From positions 62,558,001-62,622,000 of the forward strand of contig OX597823.1 in NCBI GenBank assembly GCA_951406725.2: a DNA stretch of 64,000 bases. The letters run 5' to 3'. This DNA comes from Octopus vulgaris. Its lineage: Eukaryota. The notes under the pieces are model-generated. The model saw only the letters and a list, made by a program, of their open reading frames with translations, made no database searches and was not told the DNA's origin. Shown here piece after piece: positions 27,880-41,847 of this stretch. The position numbers and the translations under genes are program-made. How positions within the stretch are numbered: the stretch's first letter is position 1; each line of letters opens with the position of its first letter.

Positions 27880-27925
<46 letters not shown>

Positions 27926-28049
27926 TAAATATGCACAATATAAATATATATAAATATATATATATATATACTAAATATACACAATATAAATGTCACATAC
28001 TCTACTATATATATATAAGTATATTTAATAACGAACCATGTAATTCACA

Positions 28050-28435
28050 CTCCGGAAAATCTATTTCTGTAAAATGTTGGGAGTGGGTAAAATTTCCGAG
28101 GCTTCTGCCTCAGCCCATAGTTTTCTGGACCCAAAATGGGTTTAGTAGCATATTAGGAGATCACTGGAATTCATAAAAAAAAATTCCAATGATTCCGGAA
28201 TATTGGTGGGGGGGGGGGGGGTTCCGGTCCCCCCCCTTTTTTTCCGAAACAAAATAAGGGATTTGCAGCATATTAGGAGATCAGGGTACTTGATTCCACG
28301 GAAAAAAATTCGATTTTTTTTTCCTTAGTGAAAATCGTGCAGGTGAAAAGATCAGTAGGGGTGGGGGTGAAATTTCCGAGGCTTCCACTTCACCCCACTC
28401 CGTTATTCGGACCCCCAAAAAGGGTTTTGTAGCAT
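28050..28435 (+). repeat. dispersed/tandem repeat family also present at 33495-33975
   Basis: Shared tagcatattaggagatca...ttccaatgattccgg...gggtacttgattcca...gaaatttccgaggcttcc units. Confidence 0.75.
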
Positions 28436-28436
28436 A

Positions 28437-30574
28437 TGCCAGAAATATGTCCCAGAGCACAAGGCCAAAACAAATAGGAGCAAGATTCCAAGAGACAGGA
28501 AGATCCTCATGAGACGACAGACGAAGGTTGCAAATCGTCTCAACCAATATCCCAAAAGTAGCGAAACGTCCCGCCTAAAAACAACACTGATGGAGATCGT
28601 AAAAAGGCTGCAACAATCCTATGTGAAGGAGAAAGCAGACAAAGAAACCTGGATTATAAAAAACATTAAATCAAACCCAAAGGCCTTCTTTCATTACGCG
28701 AAAGAAACAGTCTCAGTGCACTACAAGATAGGACCCCTCCTCCAAAAGGATGGCTCCCTCACAGACAGTCCAACTAAGATCAGTGAGATGCTGAATGACC
28801 AGTTCAAAAGTGTCTTTACCACCCCGTTGGAACACAGACAAGTGAACGAACCAGTGGACTTCTTTGCCGCCTCACCTATAACCAGCGAGGTGGTTACAAT
28901 AGAATGTATTGACATTAGCGAAAAAGATGTCCTACTAGCCATAGATGAAGTGGACACAAACTCAGCTGCTGGTCCAGATAGTTTCCCAGCCATCCTCCTC
29001 AAAGCGTGTAAGCATGCCCTGGTAAAACCCCTCGAGATTCTCTTCCAGAGCTTTCTTGCGAATGGCAAACTGCTAAGCAAGCTGAAGGAGGGAATAATAT
29101 GCCCAATACATAAAGGGGGAAGTAGAGCAGATGCCAAAAACTATAGGCCTATCTCTCTGACTTCACACATCAGCAAAGTCATGGAACGGATAGTCAGAAA
29201 GAAACTAATCGCATTCCTTGAGGAAAATAACTTGCTGAGTGATACCCAGCATGGTTTTCGACCAGGTAGGAGCTGCCTGACCCAGCTCTTACAACATTAT
29301 GACTTGGTGTTGAGGCAGTTACTCAACAAATCAAATGTGGACGTAATCTACCTTGATTTTGCAAAAGCTTTTGACAAGGTGGATCATGGTATGACATGCC
29401 ACAAACTGCGTGACCTCGGCATAGCTGGAAAACTTGGAGTGTGGTTACATGACTTCCTGAAAGATAGGAGTCAGGCAGTAGTTGTTAATGGAGCCACCTC
29501 TATGAACACACAAATACTGAGCGGTGTTCTACAGGGCACTGTCTTGGGACCACTGCTTTTTATAGTGGCCCTCTCAGATATGCCCTCAAATGCCCGGATA
29601 GCCACTCTGGCCAGCTATGCAGACGATACGAAAGTCTCGCAGAAAATACAGAACCCCAGCGATGTTGCACACCCGCAGCAGGAGTTGGACTCAATCTACA
29701 GATGGGCTGAGGATAATAATATGCAGTTTAATGCTGAAAAATTCCAGGCCCTGCGCTGCCAGTATCCAAAACGGAATATTAAACTTACAGGATACACCGG
29801 TCCACAGGGAATTTCAATCCCAGAGCCTAAGTCTGTGAGGGACCTGGGTATCGACATGAGTGATGATACCTCTTTCCAAGTGCACATTACCAGGATGGCG
29901 ACAAAATGCAGACGACTGGCTGGGTGGATCCTAAGAACATTCAGAACCAGAGATAAGGAAACCATGATGGTCCTCTGGTGGACATTCGTCCTCTACCGCC
30001 TGGATTACTGCTCACAGCTATGGTCACCCATCAGTGTAGAATTAACAGCGGACCTTGAAGCAATCCAGAGAAGATTCACAAAGAAGATCGTCTCTTTGCA
30101 ACAGCTCAGCTACTGGGAAAGGTTGAAACAGCTAAGACTCTACTCCCTGGAGAGAAGACGGGAGAGGTATGCAGTAATATATGTCTGGAAGATCCTGGAA
30201 GGAATTGTGCCAAATTTTGGCATTATAAGCTACACCAATGCTAGAACGGGACGACACTGCATAGTACCAAAGATCCCAGGAATGCCATCACGCTTCAGGA
30301 CCAGCTTCTGCAACAGCCTGGGTTTCAAGGGCCCACAGCTTTTTAATATTCTCCCAAAGAGTCTGAGGAACTTGCACAAAGTAGATGTAGCGGTTTTTAA
30401 ATCAAAGCTGGACATCTTCCTGTCAAGAGTCCTAGATGAACCTACCTCACGGCAAGAGGTGCAAATGAGAGTAGCTATATCAAACTCCATTCTTCACCAA
30501 GTGCCACATATTAGACGAGGTTCTTCGTAATAACAGTGTAGCACAAAACGGCGGTGCATCAGCATGGCTGCAGC
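28437..30574 (+). mobile_element. 5'-truncated CR1/L2-group LINE with open 673-aa RT ORF (28509-30530)
   Basis: NPKAFF, NYRPISLTS, QHGFRPGRSC, YLDFAKAFDKV, QGTVLGPLLF, YADD, LDYCSQLWSP, LYSLERRRER. Short 3' tail ends at a TA tract. Confidence 0.93.
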
Positions 30575-30603
30575 TATATATATATATACATATATATATA
30601 TAC

Positions 30604-31555
<952 letters not shown>

Positions 31556-32068
31556 ATTTTCGTCCTAAAAAACTTTGTATGGATTGAATGGTTACCTCTA
31601 TGGAAATATATACACGCACATTATACATACATGTGTGTATAGATGAATATATAAATACATTTAAATATCTATATACACTTTTGGGCGATCTTTCTTTTTC
31701 TTAGAGATAACTTTAGATCTTATATTCGTCATAAAAAACTTTGTATGGAGTGAAAGGTTACCTCTATGGAAATATATACACACACATTATACATACATCT
31801 GTGTATAGATGAATATATAAATACATTTAAATATCTATATACACTTTTGGGCGATCTTTCTTTTTCTTAGAGATAACTTTAGATCTTATTTTCGTCCTAA
31901 AAAACTTTGTATGGAGTGAATGGTTACCTCTATGGAAATATATACACACACGTTATACATACATGTGTGCATAGATGAATATATAAATACATTTAAATAT
32001 CTATATACACTTTTGGGCGATCTTTCTGCTACTTGGATATAGGTCTTATATTCGTCGTAAAAAACTTT
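31556..32068. repeat. ~165-bp tandem repeat, 3 copies plus partial
   Basis: ttcgtcctaaaaaactttgtatgg...ttttgggcgatctttc recurs at ~31559, 31725, 31890 and 32051. Confidence 0.92.
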
Positions 32069-32118
32069 CCTGTCACACACTCACGCACACGCACACACAC
32101 ACACACACACACGCATCC

Positions 32119-32152
<34 letters not shown>

Positions 32153-32573
32153 ACACACGTACACGTTAGCTTACAATTTTATTTATATATTTGCGTGTCT
32201 ATGTGTGTAAAGAGGAAGTGGGAATGTAGAGTGAAAGAGTCACTCACTACAGAAAGTGAATCACTTTCACTTTATTCGTTGCACACTGTGTGTGTGCGTT
32301 TGCGTGTGCTGTATCCCACACTAAGAGAAGCATTTGACTCATACACCACAATGTGAGTTTTCTCTAAATTTTGCTTAATTGGGGTTGAAATTTTAAAAAG
32401 TGGACCTGGCAAGACCCGATGCATTCTACTCTTAAAAATGCTAGGTAAATTGTAATTGAAGAAATCCTATATTGTAGATTTCTATAAGAGACAAAGGGGT
32501 GCAGATAAAATCTGCCTTTTATAATAAGAGATACATATATATATATTTATATATTTATATATATATATATATA

Positions 32574-32663
32574 TATACAATATGTTACATTACTCGGTAG
32601 TCAAGATAAAACTCTGAACTCAGAGTTTTATTTTGAGTACCGAGTAATGTAACATATTGTATA
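32574..32663. repeat. near-perfect palindrome (44-bp arms, 2-nt loop), probable Penelope-like inverted end
   Basis: tatacaatatgttacattactcggta...actctga AC tcagagt...taccgagtaatgtaacatattgtata. Confidence 0.85.
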
Positions 32664-32729
32664 GATAAATTTCCTCTATTTACATAATATTGAGGTCTCT
32701 TTCTTTCTTTTGTTATCTTACCGTTTTAT

Positions 32730-32784
<55 letters not shown>

Positions 32785-33322
32785 CATGTACGTAGACAGG
32801 TAAAAGTTCACCGACAAAGTGCTATTTACCTTTTTGCTGTCAAATAAATCGATTAATTCTCAACAAAGCACACATTTTCCCTGAACTAAATATATTCAGC
32901 TTTATAACAGCGTTTTAGGGGGGAAAAAACTCTTTCTGGCCCAAACTAATTTTTGTGGAGGGGAGGGGGAGAAAGTTGTTTCTCTAAAGAAACGATTTAA
33001 AATGAACATTTTTGTGTTAGGGAGCGGGGAAAAGAGAGAAAATAAAAGTTGCATATTTACCGCTAAAGTTTTACAAAATTAAATCTATTTTTCAATATAC
33101 GTGAAAAAATACGGAGATTAGGAATACGGAATTTTTTTTTTTTTGTGTTTGTGTGTGCACGCACAACAATTTCATTAACTTATACAAATAAACAGAAAGT
33201 ACAGAAATACATATGCCCTACATACCTGTCATATATGTCGGCTTTGTTTTTCGCATCCATGAAGTTCCTGAGGATGACGGAAAAGCTACTCGATGCACTC
33301 ACTAAAAGATTTTGGGGATGGG

Positions 33323-33458
33323 GCTAATGCAGATTCACACCTGCCCTTCAAAATGCATTTTTCTGAAATAGTTTATTCCGACATATAAAACCTAGGAATC
33401 CAAGTAAATTTTTTCAGAAAAATGCATCTTTCCAGGAGAGATGTGAATCTGCATTAGC
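33323..33458. mobile_element. small MITE-like element, 17-bp inverted ends
   Basis: gctaatgcagattcaca / tgtgaatctgcattagc. Confidence 0.55.
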
Positions 33459-33494
33459 ACCCCTGGAATCGGCGAAAAATGTTGCTGGTCTTGG

Positions 33495-33975
33495 TTTTTG
33501 TAGCATATTCGGAGGTCACAGGAATTCATTCAACGAAAAAAAAAAATTCCAATGATTCCGGGATGGTAGGAGTTCCCCCTTTCGCCCCTCCCCACCTTTT
33601 CCGAACCAAGATAAGGGATTTGCAGCATATTAGGAGGTAAGGGTACTTGATTCCAAGCAAAAAAACATCCGATTTTTTTTCCTTAGTGAAAATTTTGCGG
33701 GTAAAAAGATCAATGGGGTGAGGGTGAAATTTCCGAGGCTTCCACCTCACCCCACCCCGTTTTTCGGACCCAAAAAGGGTTTTGTAGCATATTAGGAGGT
33801 CACAGGAATTCATTCAACGAAAAAAAAAATTCCACTAATACCGGGATGGGGGGCGGCCTCGGTCCCTCCCCGCTTTTTTCCGAACCTAAAGAAGGAATTT
33901 GCAACATATTAGGAGATCAGGGTACTTGATTCCAAGCAAAAAATCCGAGTTTTCTTTTTTTTTTCTTAGAGAAAA
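33495..33975 (+). repeat. ~285-bp tandem repeat (1.7 copies), same family as 28050-28435
   Basis: ttttgtagcatatt.ggaggtcacaggaattcattcaacg at ~33497 and ~33780. Confidence 0.8.
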
Positions 33976-34257
33976 TCATGCTGTTGTTAATATACAAATT
34001 TACTGCGTTTTCTGTATGATAGGGAAATACACACACACACGCACACATACACACATACTGACAGAAATAAACACACACACACAAGCACAGAAACACACAC
34101 ACACACACACACACATACACGTACACACGCACGCACGCACAAATACGCATGCGCGCGCAAATAACAAAAGAATTGTATATCTTTCGATTATGACATTACC
34201 TATGTATGTATCTTTCACTCTCCCTCACTTTCTTCCTCTCCCTTTTTATCTACCTTT

Positions 34258-34319
<62 letters not shown>

Positions 34320-34569
34320 TGCACGTACTATTTCTCTCTCAACATTTTCTCAAAACTTTTCTTAAAACGGGAATCCGCTTTTCTTTCAAGCCTACATCTT
34401 ATCTTAACATTTTATCTCATAACCTCATTGATCTCTCATGGCTTTCAAGGTAAGGGCGTTCACTTCTTCTTTGTCCGTTTATAGAAAATTAATATTTTAT
34501 TGTATGGCATTACTACAGATGTATACCCCATCTTCCAACAAATCTTTACATACATCAATCTACAGGATC

Positions 34570-34653
34570 TAAGCGATTATTTATTGAAAGTTTCGTTAAA
34601 TAGTATCCATTTTAGATTACCTTTTAACGAAATTTTCAGCAAATAATCGCTTA
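34570..34653. repeat. 31-bp inverted repeat, followed by a hAT-like terminus (cagtggttcccaa, 34657)
   Basis: taagcgattatttattgaaagtttcgttaaa / tttaacgaaattttcagcaaataatcgctta. Confidence 0.65.
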
Positions 34654-35597
34654 AATCAGTGGTTCCCAATCGATTTTTGGCCGTGCCCCATCCAATCATT
34701 TCTGATGCCCCTTGTGATATTTAATTTTTGTAATTCAAAATTCGGTTAATGCTTACCCGTAAACATAATAAAGAAAACATAATGCAACGGATGTAAGAAA
34801 AAAATGTGTAGGAAACGAGTATGAAAAAAAAAATGCGCAGAAAGCAACGGGGGCGGGGACTTCGGAAAATTCACAAAATCCGAGTTTTTTCCTCATAACT
34901 TTTAGGAAAACGGTATTTCTTTAGATGAAATTTTATATAAGTACTGTTCAACCGGCATAGATTACGATTATAAAGAAATTTATGGAAAGATCTTTTCCGA
35001 GGTGTGGGGAGAGGACTTCGGAAAATTCACAAAATCCGTGTTTTTCGCCCATAACTTGGTGACAGATTATCGTGGATATCGGGTATAAATCCAAATTTTG
35101 AATATTCCTCTGAATATTGACGAACCTTTTTTTTACTTGCACTACTCATTTTATGTATTTTTGAATTGGCATAACTACAGATTTCTGCCCCACCGACTTT
35201 GGATGATCATAACTTTCAGAAAAATGGATATTTTAAATTAAATTGTCTACGAAAATGTGTTATGTAGTGTAGATTCCGAATATATCATATTTGGGGGGGA
35301 GGAGGGTTTAGGGTGGGTTTGGTGTGGGGAATTTCGGAAAATTCACCGGAGTCCACTTCAATTCGTCTTAACTTTCGAGAATATGGATATTTTTTAATGA
35401 AATAGTCTGCAAATATACCTCGGATTATGTAGATTCCGAGGACATAGGAATTTGGGGGGAAAACAATTGGGGGCTATTTTTGAGAAATGTTCCCCACTTG
35501 CGGGTGTTTCTGAACAAGTCGTCCATATTTGTTTTATTTTCTGATTTGTGCGTTTGTGCATCCGTAGATTTCTACCATACACACACACACACACACA

Positions 35598-35637
<40 letters not shown>

Positions 35638-35671
35638 TACATACATACATACATATACATACATACATACA

Positions 35672-35707
<36 letters not shown>

Positions 35708-35782
35708 TATATGTGACCTCGTGTGTACCGTTGCCGACTTTTTTCCTCTGTCTTCCCTTCTCTGGATCTTTCCTCCTCCTAT

Positions 35783-35816
35783 GTTTCCGACGAAGAGCAC
35801 GCTCGAAACGTTAAAC
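35783..35816 (+). ncRNA. minimal hammerhead-like motif (CCGACGA core) in a short Penelope-like repeat, 35713-35917
   Basis: gttt|CCGACGA a|gagc-ac-gctc|GAAAC GTT|aaac. Palindromic stem III; U4C change in the core. Confidence 0.65.
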
Positions 35817-36109
35817 CCTTCTTCTTTCCTTCTTTCCTGAGCGTCCAATAATACTATATTTGTTCCACGTCCTCGCGTTGTTGTGTGTTTTTTTGTGCTT
35901 TCTTGTTTGGATTAACTATATATATATATATGCACACACGCACGCGCACACACATTCACACACACACACACACACACACATATCTGTAATTAAAAAAGTT
36001 CAAATGGGGGATTATTTCATTCAATATTATGTTTATTATAGAGATTATGTAAAAAAAAATTATACTTTACACTTCTATATTTTACTGTGCGTGTATATTC
36101 CTTATTTTT

Positions 36110-37113
36110 GCTTCTGGTGTCACGATGCCAGCGTTTTACAAGGTCATATGATGGGGCATCATCACCATAAGTTACTTTCATTTCATCAAAAGTCTCCCGT
36201 GGTGTGCGTCCTTTCAAATACAAAAACCGGATCACTGCTCGTCACTCAACAGGCTCCATTTCACACTTGACTCGGTTCAAACACCTGTAAATCAGAAACC
36301 ACAGGTGTCTTTTGCATTTCTATTAGAAACGTTTGCCTGGGAATTTACTTAAAGCGAAGAAACATCGTATGCAACAGATAAGTCGTCTTAATAACATATT
36401 TCTTGTCGCCAGATCAGAAGCACAGGCGTATGGCTATGAACTCCTCCCCATCCCCCTACTTTCCTGACCTTGCACCCTCTGATTTTCACCTCTTCCCAAT
36501 CATGAAGTTGTTTTTGAAAGGAAAGCGTTTCCCAGATGATGCAGCCTTGATTTCTGAAGTCACGTTGTGCCAAGTTTCGTTGTTCTACTGCTATGGGAAG
36601 TGGGTCAGAGGCATTACTTATTGAACGCTCCTCGTATCTCTCTCTCTCTTTCACACAGTAGAAATCAACGGATGCACAAACGCACAAAACGGAGAAAATG
36701 AAGCAAATATGGACGACTTGTTCAGAAACACCCACGAGTGGGGAACTTTTCTCAAAAATAGCCTCCAGTGATGCAAGTTTTTTCTTACCTTTTGGCAATC
36801 TTTCGTCTCTAGTAGACCTTTCCGTCGATTTCCGTAAAAAACTTCTTTTTTTTTTTACATATGGGCTTGCGGGAACTTTTGAAGTAATGAGAGCGAAAGA
36901 GACTAAGAGAAAGCGATTGTATGACGAGGGAAGTTCTTTTAAAGTTACCATGCATGGGGAGCATTGATGTACATGTGTGTGTGTGTGTGCAATCATGAAG
37001 TTGTTTTTGAAAGGAAAGCGTTTCCCAGATGATGCAGCCTTGATTTCTGAAGTCACGTTGTGCCAAGTTTCGTTGCTCTACTGCTATGGGAAGTGGGTCA
37101 GGGGCATTACTTA
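36110..37113. mobile_element. scrambled mariner transposase fragments
   Basis: Minus 36235-36120 IRFLYLKGRTPRETFDEMKVTYGDDAPSYDLVKRWHR (N-terminal HTH). Plus 36440-36563 PYFPDLAPSDFHLFP.MKLFLKGKRF (C-terminal), partly duplicated at 36990-37113. Confidence 0.8.
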
Positions 37114-37391
37114 CTTTCACACATTACTCTCTCTGTCTCCTCACACACACTAACAGAAGCACTTCACTTACACAACATACTTTCTGTCTCCCACACCCCA
37201 CCAAACACACGCACACACACATGTACATCAATGCTTCCCATGCACGGTAACTTTAAAAGAACTTCCCTCGTCATACAATCGCTTTCTCTTAGTCTCTTTT
37301 TGGTGAATTCACAAACTGACTTGTGGAAATAAAATGACCTGTTAATTTTTATCTCTGTTCATATATATACGTGTCTACCATAAATCAATCA

Positions 37392-37500
<109 letters not shown>

Positions 37501-37894
37501 CTCTCTACTTCTTTCTCTTCTTTCCTGACGCTACTCCTTATTTCCACTCCATTTCAACCCATTTCACACCATTCATCCCTCATTGTCGCCAGAGATATAA
37601 TAGTCTTATACACACACACACACACACACACATAAACGGTTTATTTCTCCAGAGGGAATTAAGGTGCATTGCTTTCAGTACTGACCAGTTCTATACTACA
37701 TATGCGCACACATACACACACACACACACACACACATACAAACTCCACACACACACACAAACACCACACACACACATACGCGTTTGTAATTACCTACATG
37801 TTTTCACATACCACTAAATCGAAGGAAATTATCTACTTACTCTCTAGTGACATCAGATGTTATGAATAAGATAAAATTGTCCACAGAAGGGATG

Positions 37895-38932
37895 TGTGAG
37901 TTGTACAAGCCATGTACAGGGATGTTGTCAGTAAGATGAGGGTTGGCAACGAGTATAGTCAAGAGTTTTGGGTAGAAGTAGAAGTTCACCAAGGATCAGT
38001 GCTCAGCTCCCTCTTATTCATCATAGTCAACTAGGCAATAACAGAGGAATTCAAGACAGGCTACCCCAGGGAGCACCTCTATGCTGATGACCTTGCTCTA
38101 ATAGCTGAGTCACTACTAGAACTAGAGAAATTTTAAACGTAGAAGCAAGGTCTAGAATCAAAGGGCTTTAGAGTCAACCTAGCAAAAACCAAAGTCTTAG
38201 TAAGTAGACAAATCACAAATCTCTTCAGGTAGATGGCCCTGCTTGATCTGCAGAAAAGGCGAAGGTAGAAACTCCATAAGATGTACCTGGTGTAAGCTAT
38301 GGGTACATAAGAGGCGCAGCAATGTCAGAGGAAGGTTAACTGTGACAGATGCATATGTGCAATAAACACCGAAGATGTACAGAAAACAGATTCCATCACA
38401 TGCCAAGGGAAAAGTTAGAAGTAGTTGATAGCTTCCGTTACCTAGGTGATCAAGTCAGTAGCGGAGGTGGATGCTCTGAGAGTATAGCTGCTAGAATAAC
38501 AGCCTGAGCAAAATTCAGAGAGCTTCTACTACTGCTGACAAGAAAGGGCCTCTCGCTCAAAGTGAAAGGTGGATTGTATGATGCCTGTGTGCGAACAGTC
38601 ATGCAGTGTCGGGCAATATGCCGTTCTTGTGAAGGCCTGTTGAACCAAGTGAAATCGTAGTTGAGGCTGATGCCAGTGCTACCTGACTGGCGCCCGTGCC
38701 AGTGGCATGTAAAATACATTTGAGCGTGACTGATGCCAGTGCTGACTTAGTGGCACCCTTACCGCTACGCACTCGGATGATCGGCGTTAGGAAGGGCATC
38801 GTGCTGTAGAAACCTTACCAAATTAGATTGGAGTTTGGTGCAACCTCCCGACTTGCCAGTCCTCCGTCAAACCATCTAACCCATGCCAGCATGGAAAGCG
38901 GACGTTAAACGGTGATGATGATGATGATGATG
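37895..38932 (+). mobile_element. degraded RTE-clade LINE (RT fragment + 3' UTR with (GAT)n tail)
   Basis: VHQGSVLS.LLF, LYADDLALIAES, VNLAKTK, FRYLG with stops; tail ends gatgatgat. Confidence 0.85.
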
Positions 38933-38958
38933 ATACATACAAATATATACATATATAC

Positions 38959-39357
38959 GACTACGCTCAAAATGTGTTTCTACGTGTTACCTGCACGGGA
39001 GAAGGGCGTATACAGAATTAGTATCATATAAACATGTACATACATGTTTAGGTGTGTATACATTTCGTGAAAGCAATTCTGTATACGCCCTGCTCCCGTG
39101 CAGGTAACACGTAGAAACACATTTTGAGCGTAGTCATTGCCAGAACCGCCTGACTGGTCTTTGTGTCGGTAGCACGTAAAAGCATCCACTACCCTCTCGG
39201 AGTGGTTGGCGTTAGGAAGGGCATCGAGCTGTAGAAACTTTGCCAGATCAGACTGGAGCCTGGTGCAGTCTTCTGGCTCGCCAGTCCTCAGTCAAACCGT
39301 CCAAACCATGCTAGCATGGAAAACGGGCCTTAAACGACGACGATGATGATGATGATG
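38959..39357 (+). mobile_element. RTE 3' UTR fragment with fold-back 5' inverted duplication
   Basis: Arms 38959-39019 / 39075-39135, then ggttggcgttaggaagggcatc...(gat)n. Confidence 0.8.
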
Positions 39358-39359
39358 GC

Positions 39360-39420
<61 letters not shown>

Positions 39421-39528
39421 CACTGGGAGAGGGAGCCTATAAAATTAGATAGACAGACAGTTATAGGTCGTAACACACACATTAACAAACTTACACAGGT
39501 AATCATGATTTTAAAATGGTGCATAGTA

Positions 39529-39586
<58 letters not shown>

Positions 39587-39588
39587 CA

Positions 39589-39692
<104 letters not shown>

Positions 39693-40300
39693 TGTATGTG
39701 TGTGTGTGTGTATGTATATATATGTATGTATGTGCGTGTGTGAGTGAGTGTTTCTTTGCGATAGATGCAGAGAATACACCTACCCCTTCTCTCCTTAAAG
39801 CTACGTATTTCTCACACCCACTTTTCTTTCCCTTCCTTAGCGTTTTAAAAGTTGATTATTTGTATGTGTGTGTTTGTAGTGTGTGCGTATGTGTGTGTGT
39901 TTGTTTGTATGTACCTATGCATCTACGGAAGTATGTATGCAGCGCTACGTGCTTACCTGTGAATGACAGCTGTATTAACGTTTTTTCCTCCCACTGCCAC
40001 TCCATATTTGTTGCTTACACAACACTATTCTTCCCTTCCCTGATATCAGCCACACTCACTATGCTACCACATTTTCCTCACATTAATACTCTTCGACCCT
40101 TCTCATTTTATCAAATAGTACCCCAACCCCACTAGGGAGCCCATTATAGATTTTTATTGAAATCCAATTAGCCTATAATTGAACTGGGTGTTAGTTTAAC
40201 ATGTATGCAAAGTTTTGTCAACATTGGTTTACTGGTGTAGACAGCGAGATGATAACAGACGGATCGCCAGATAAAAATTGCCATTTATGTATAAGACATA

Positions 40301-40707
40301 TAGGTGCAAGAGTGACTGTGTGGTAAGAGGTTTGCTTCCCAACCACATGGTTCCGGATTCAATCCTATTGCATGGCACCGTGGGCAAGTGTCTTCTACTA
40401 TAGCTTTGGGCCCACCAAAGCCTTATGAGTGGATTTGGTAGACAGAAACTGAAAGAAGCCTGTCATATATATATGTATATATCTATCTATGTATGTATGT
40501 GTCTGTGTTTGTCCCTCCATCACCACTTGACAACCGGTGTTGATGTTTTGGTTTTATGTCCCCCGTAACTTAGCAGTTCGGCAAAAGAAACCAATAGAGT
40601 AAGTACCAAGCTTAACAAGTAAGTTCTGGGGTCGATTCATTCGACTAAAAATTCAATGCGATGCCCCAGCATGGCCACAATTTAATGATTGAAGCAAGTA
40701 AAAGATA
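40301..40707 (+). mobile_element. tRNA-derived SINE (second family) with CR1-like 3' tail
   Basis: gtgtggtaag (A box), ggattcaatcc (B box), core agtaccaag...tggggtcgat, tail gccccagcatggcc...gaagcaagtaaaaga. Confidence 0.8.
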
Positions 40708-41785
40708 CATATATAAAATGTAAATGAGCAACAGTAGAGGTACAGGTGTCAATCTGTTACGGCCGTTTCTAACGACACCTTTAATCGATTAATGAAAGCA
40801 TTACAGCATTGTAAAGAAACCGTTTTCGTTAGATGAGTTCATGAACTTCAAAATACAGGATATTCGAAATAATTTGATGTAGTTTATAATCCACTTAGCA
40901 AAAACATTTACAGTGATTCTGCTACTATTTCAGTTGACATATATGTTTGAATATGTTGATCAACATCCCTACACTGGGTATTCCGTCATCTGAGACAAGT
41001 TGAGTATGCGTAGGAAAGTTCTAGACACAAAATTTAAAGTAGATAGAAGTATAAAGTTCAAAGCCCATCTTGTTCAGAAGGGTATGAACGCTTATCCATA
41101 TTTCCGTCAAGGTGTACCTCCTTACATGTTATCCGAGGTATTTCCAAGCAGCGGGTTGAGTGATTCATTCAGGTTCATAGGATAAATCTAGCAGTTAATG
41201 TTCATGCGGATAGTGTAAGAAAAGTGATCAGCAGAAAGACAGTAACGTGCTTATACTGTCTCTTCATAAGCTCGTCTCCATCGTCTTGGCTTAATAGCCC
41301 TCACCGTTTGTTTTTACTGTTTTGTTCTCATTGTTCTGTCTTTTATTGTTTTTACTGTTTTGTTCTCACTGTCCTGATCTTGTTACCACTTGCACCCTCT
41401 GCAAAAAATCCCAAATTTTATTTAATTTGCTTTGCGGGAAGGACTGTTTCAACGAAGCCGCGTCTTGTCCTTGCCTTCGTAAGGTGGAGTAGTTGAAACA
41501 GGGACAACTGAAGAAGAGGAATATTCTTTATGTTGTATGTTTTGTTTTTTGTTTTTTTCGTTGTTCGAAAAATGTTTGTTTCTATGTTTTTGTTTTTATG
41601 TTTTCGTTTCTCATTGTGTTCAACGTTTTTTTTTATATCCCATATATGCATGTATATATACATATATATCTAGGTATGTCCATATATGTATGTATATATG
41701 CATATATTTATATATTATTTATATTATTATATGATCGAACGCCACGCATCCTTTTCCAAGTAAATTTTATCTATCATTCTATCTA

Positions 41786-41847
<62 letters not shown>

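Noticed and set aside
32400-32531. Possible Helitron 5' end on the minus strand (also 40140-40297)
   Set aside because: The TC start and AT-rich head are suggestive, but no matching hairpin-CTAG 3' end was located.
41440-41535. tgtttcaac/gttgaaaca hairpin near CTGAAGA
   Set aside because: The order of GAAAC and CTGAAGA and the available stems do not give a valid hammerhead topology.
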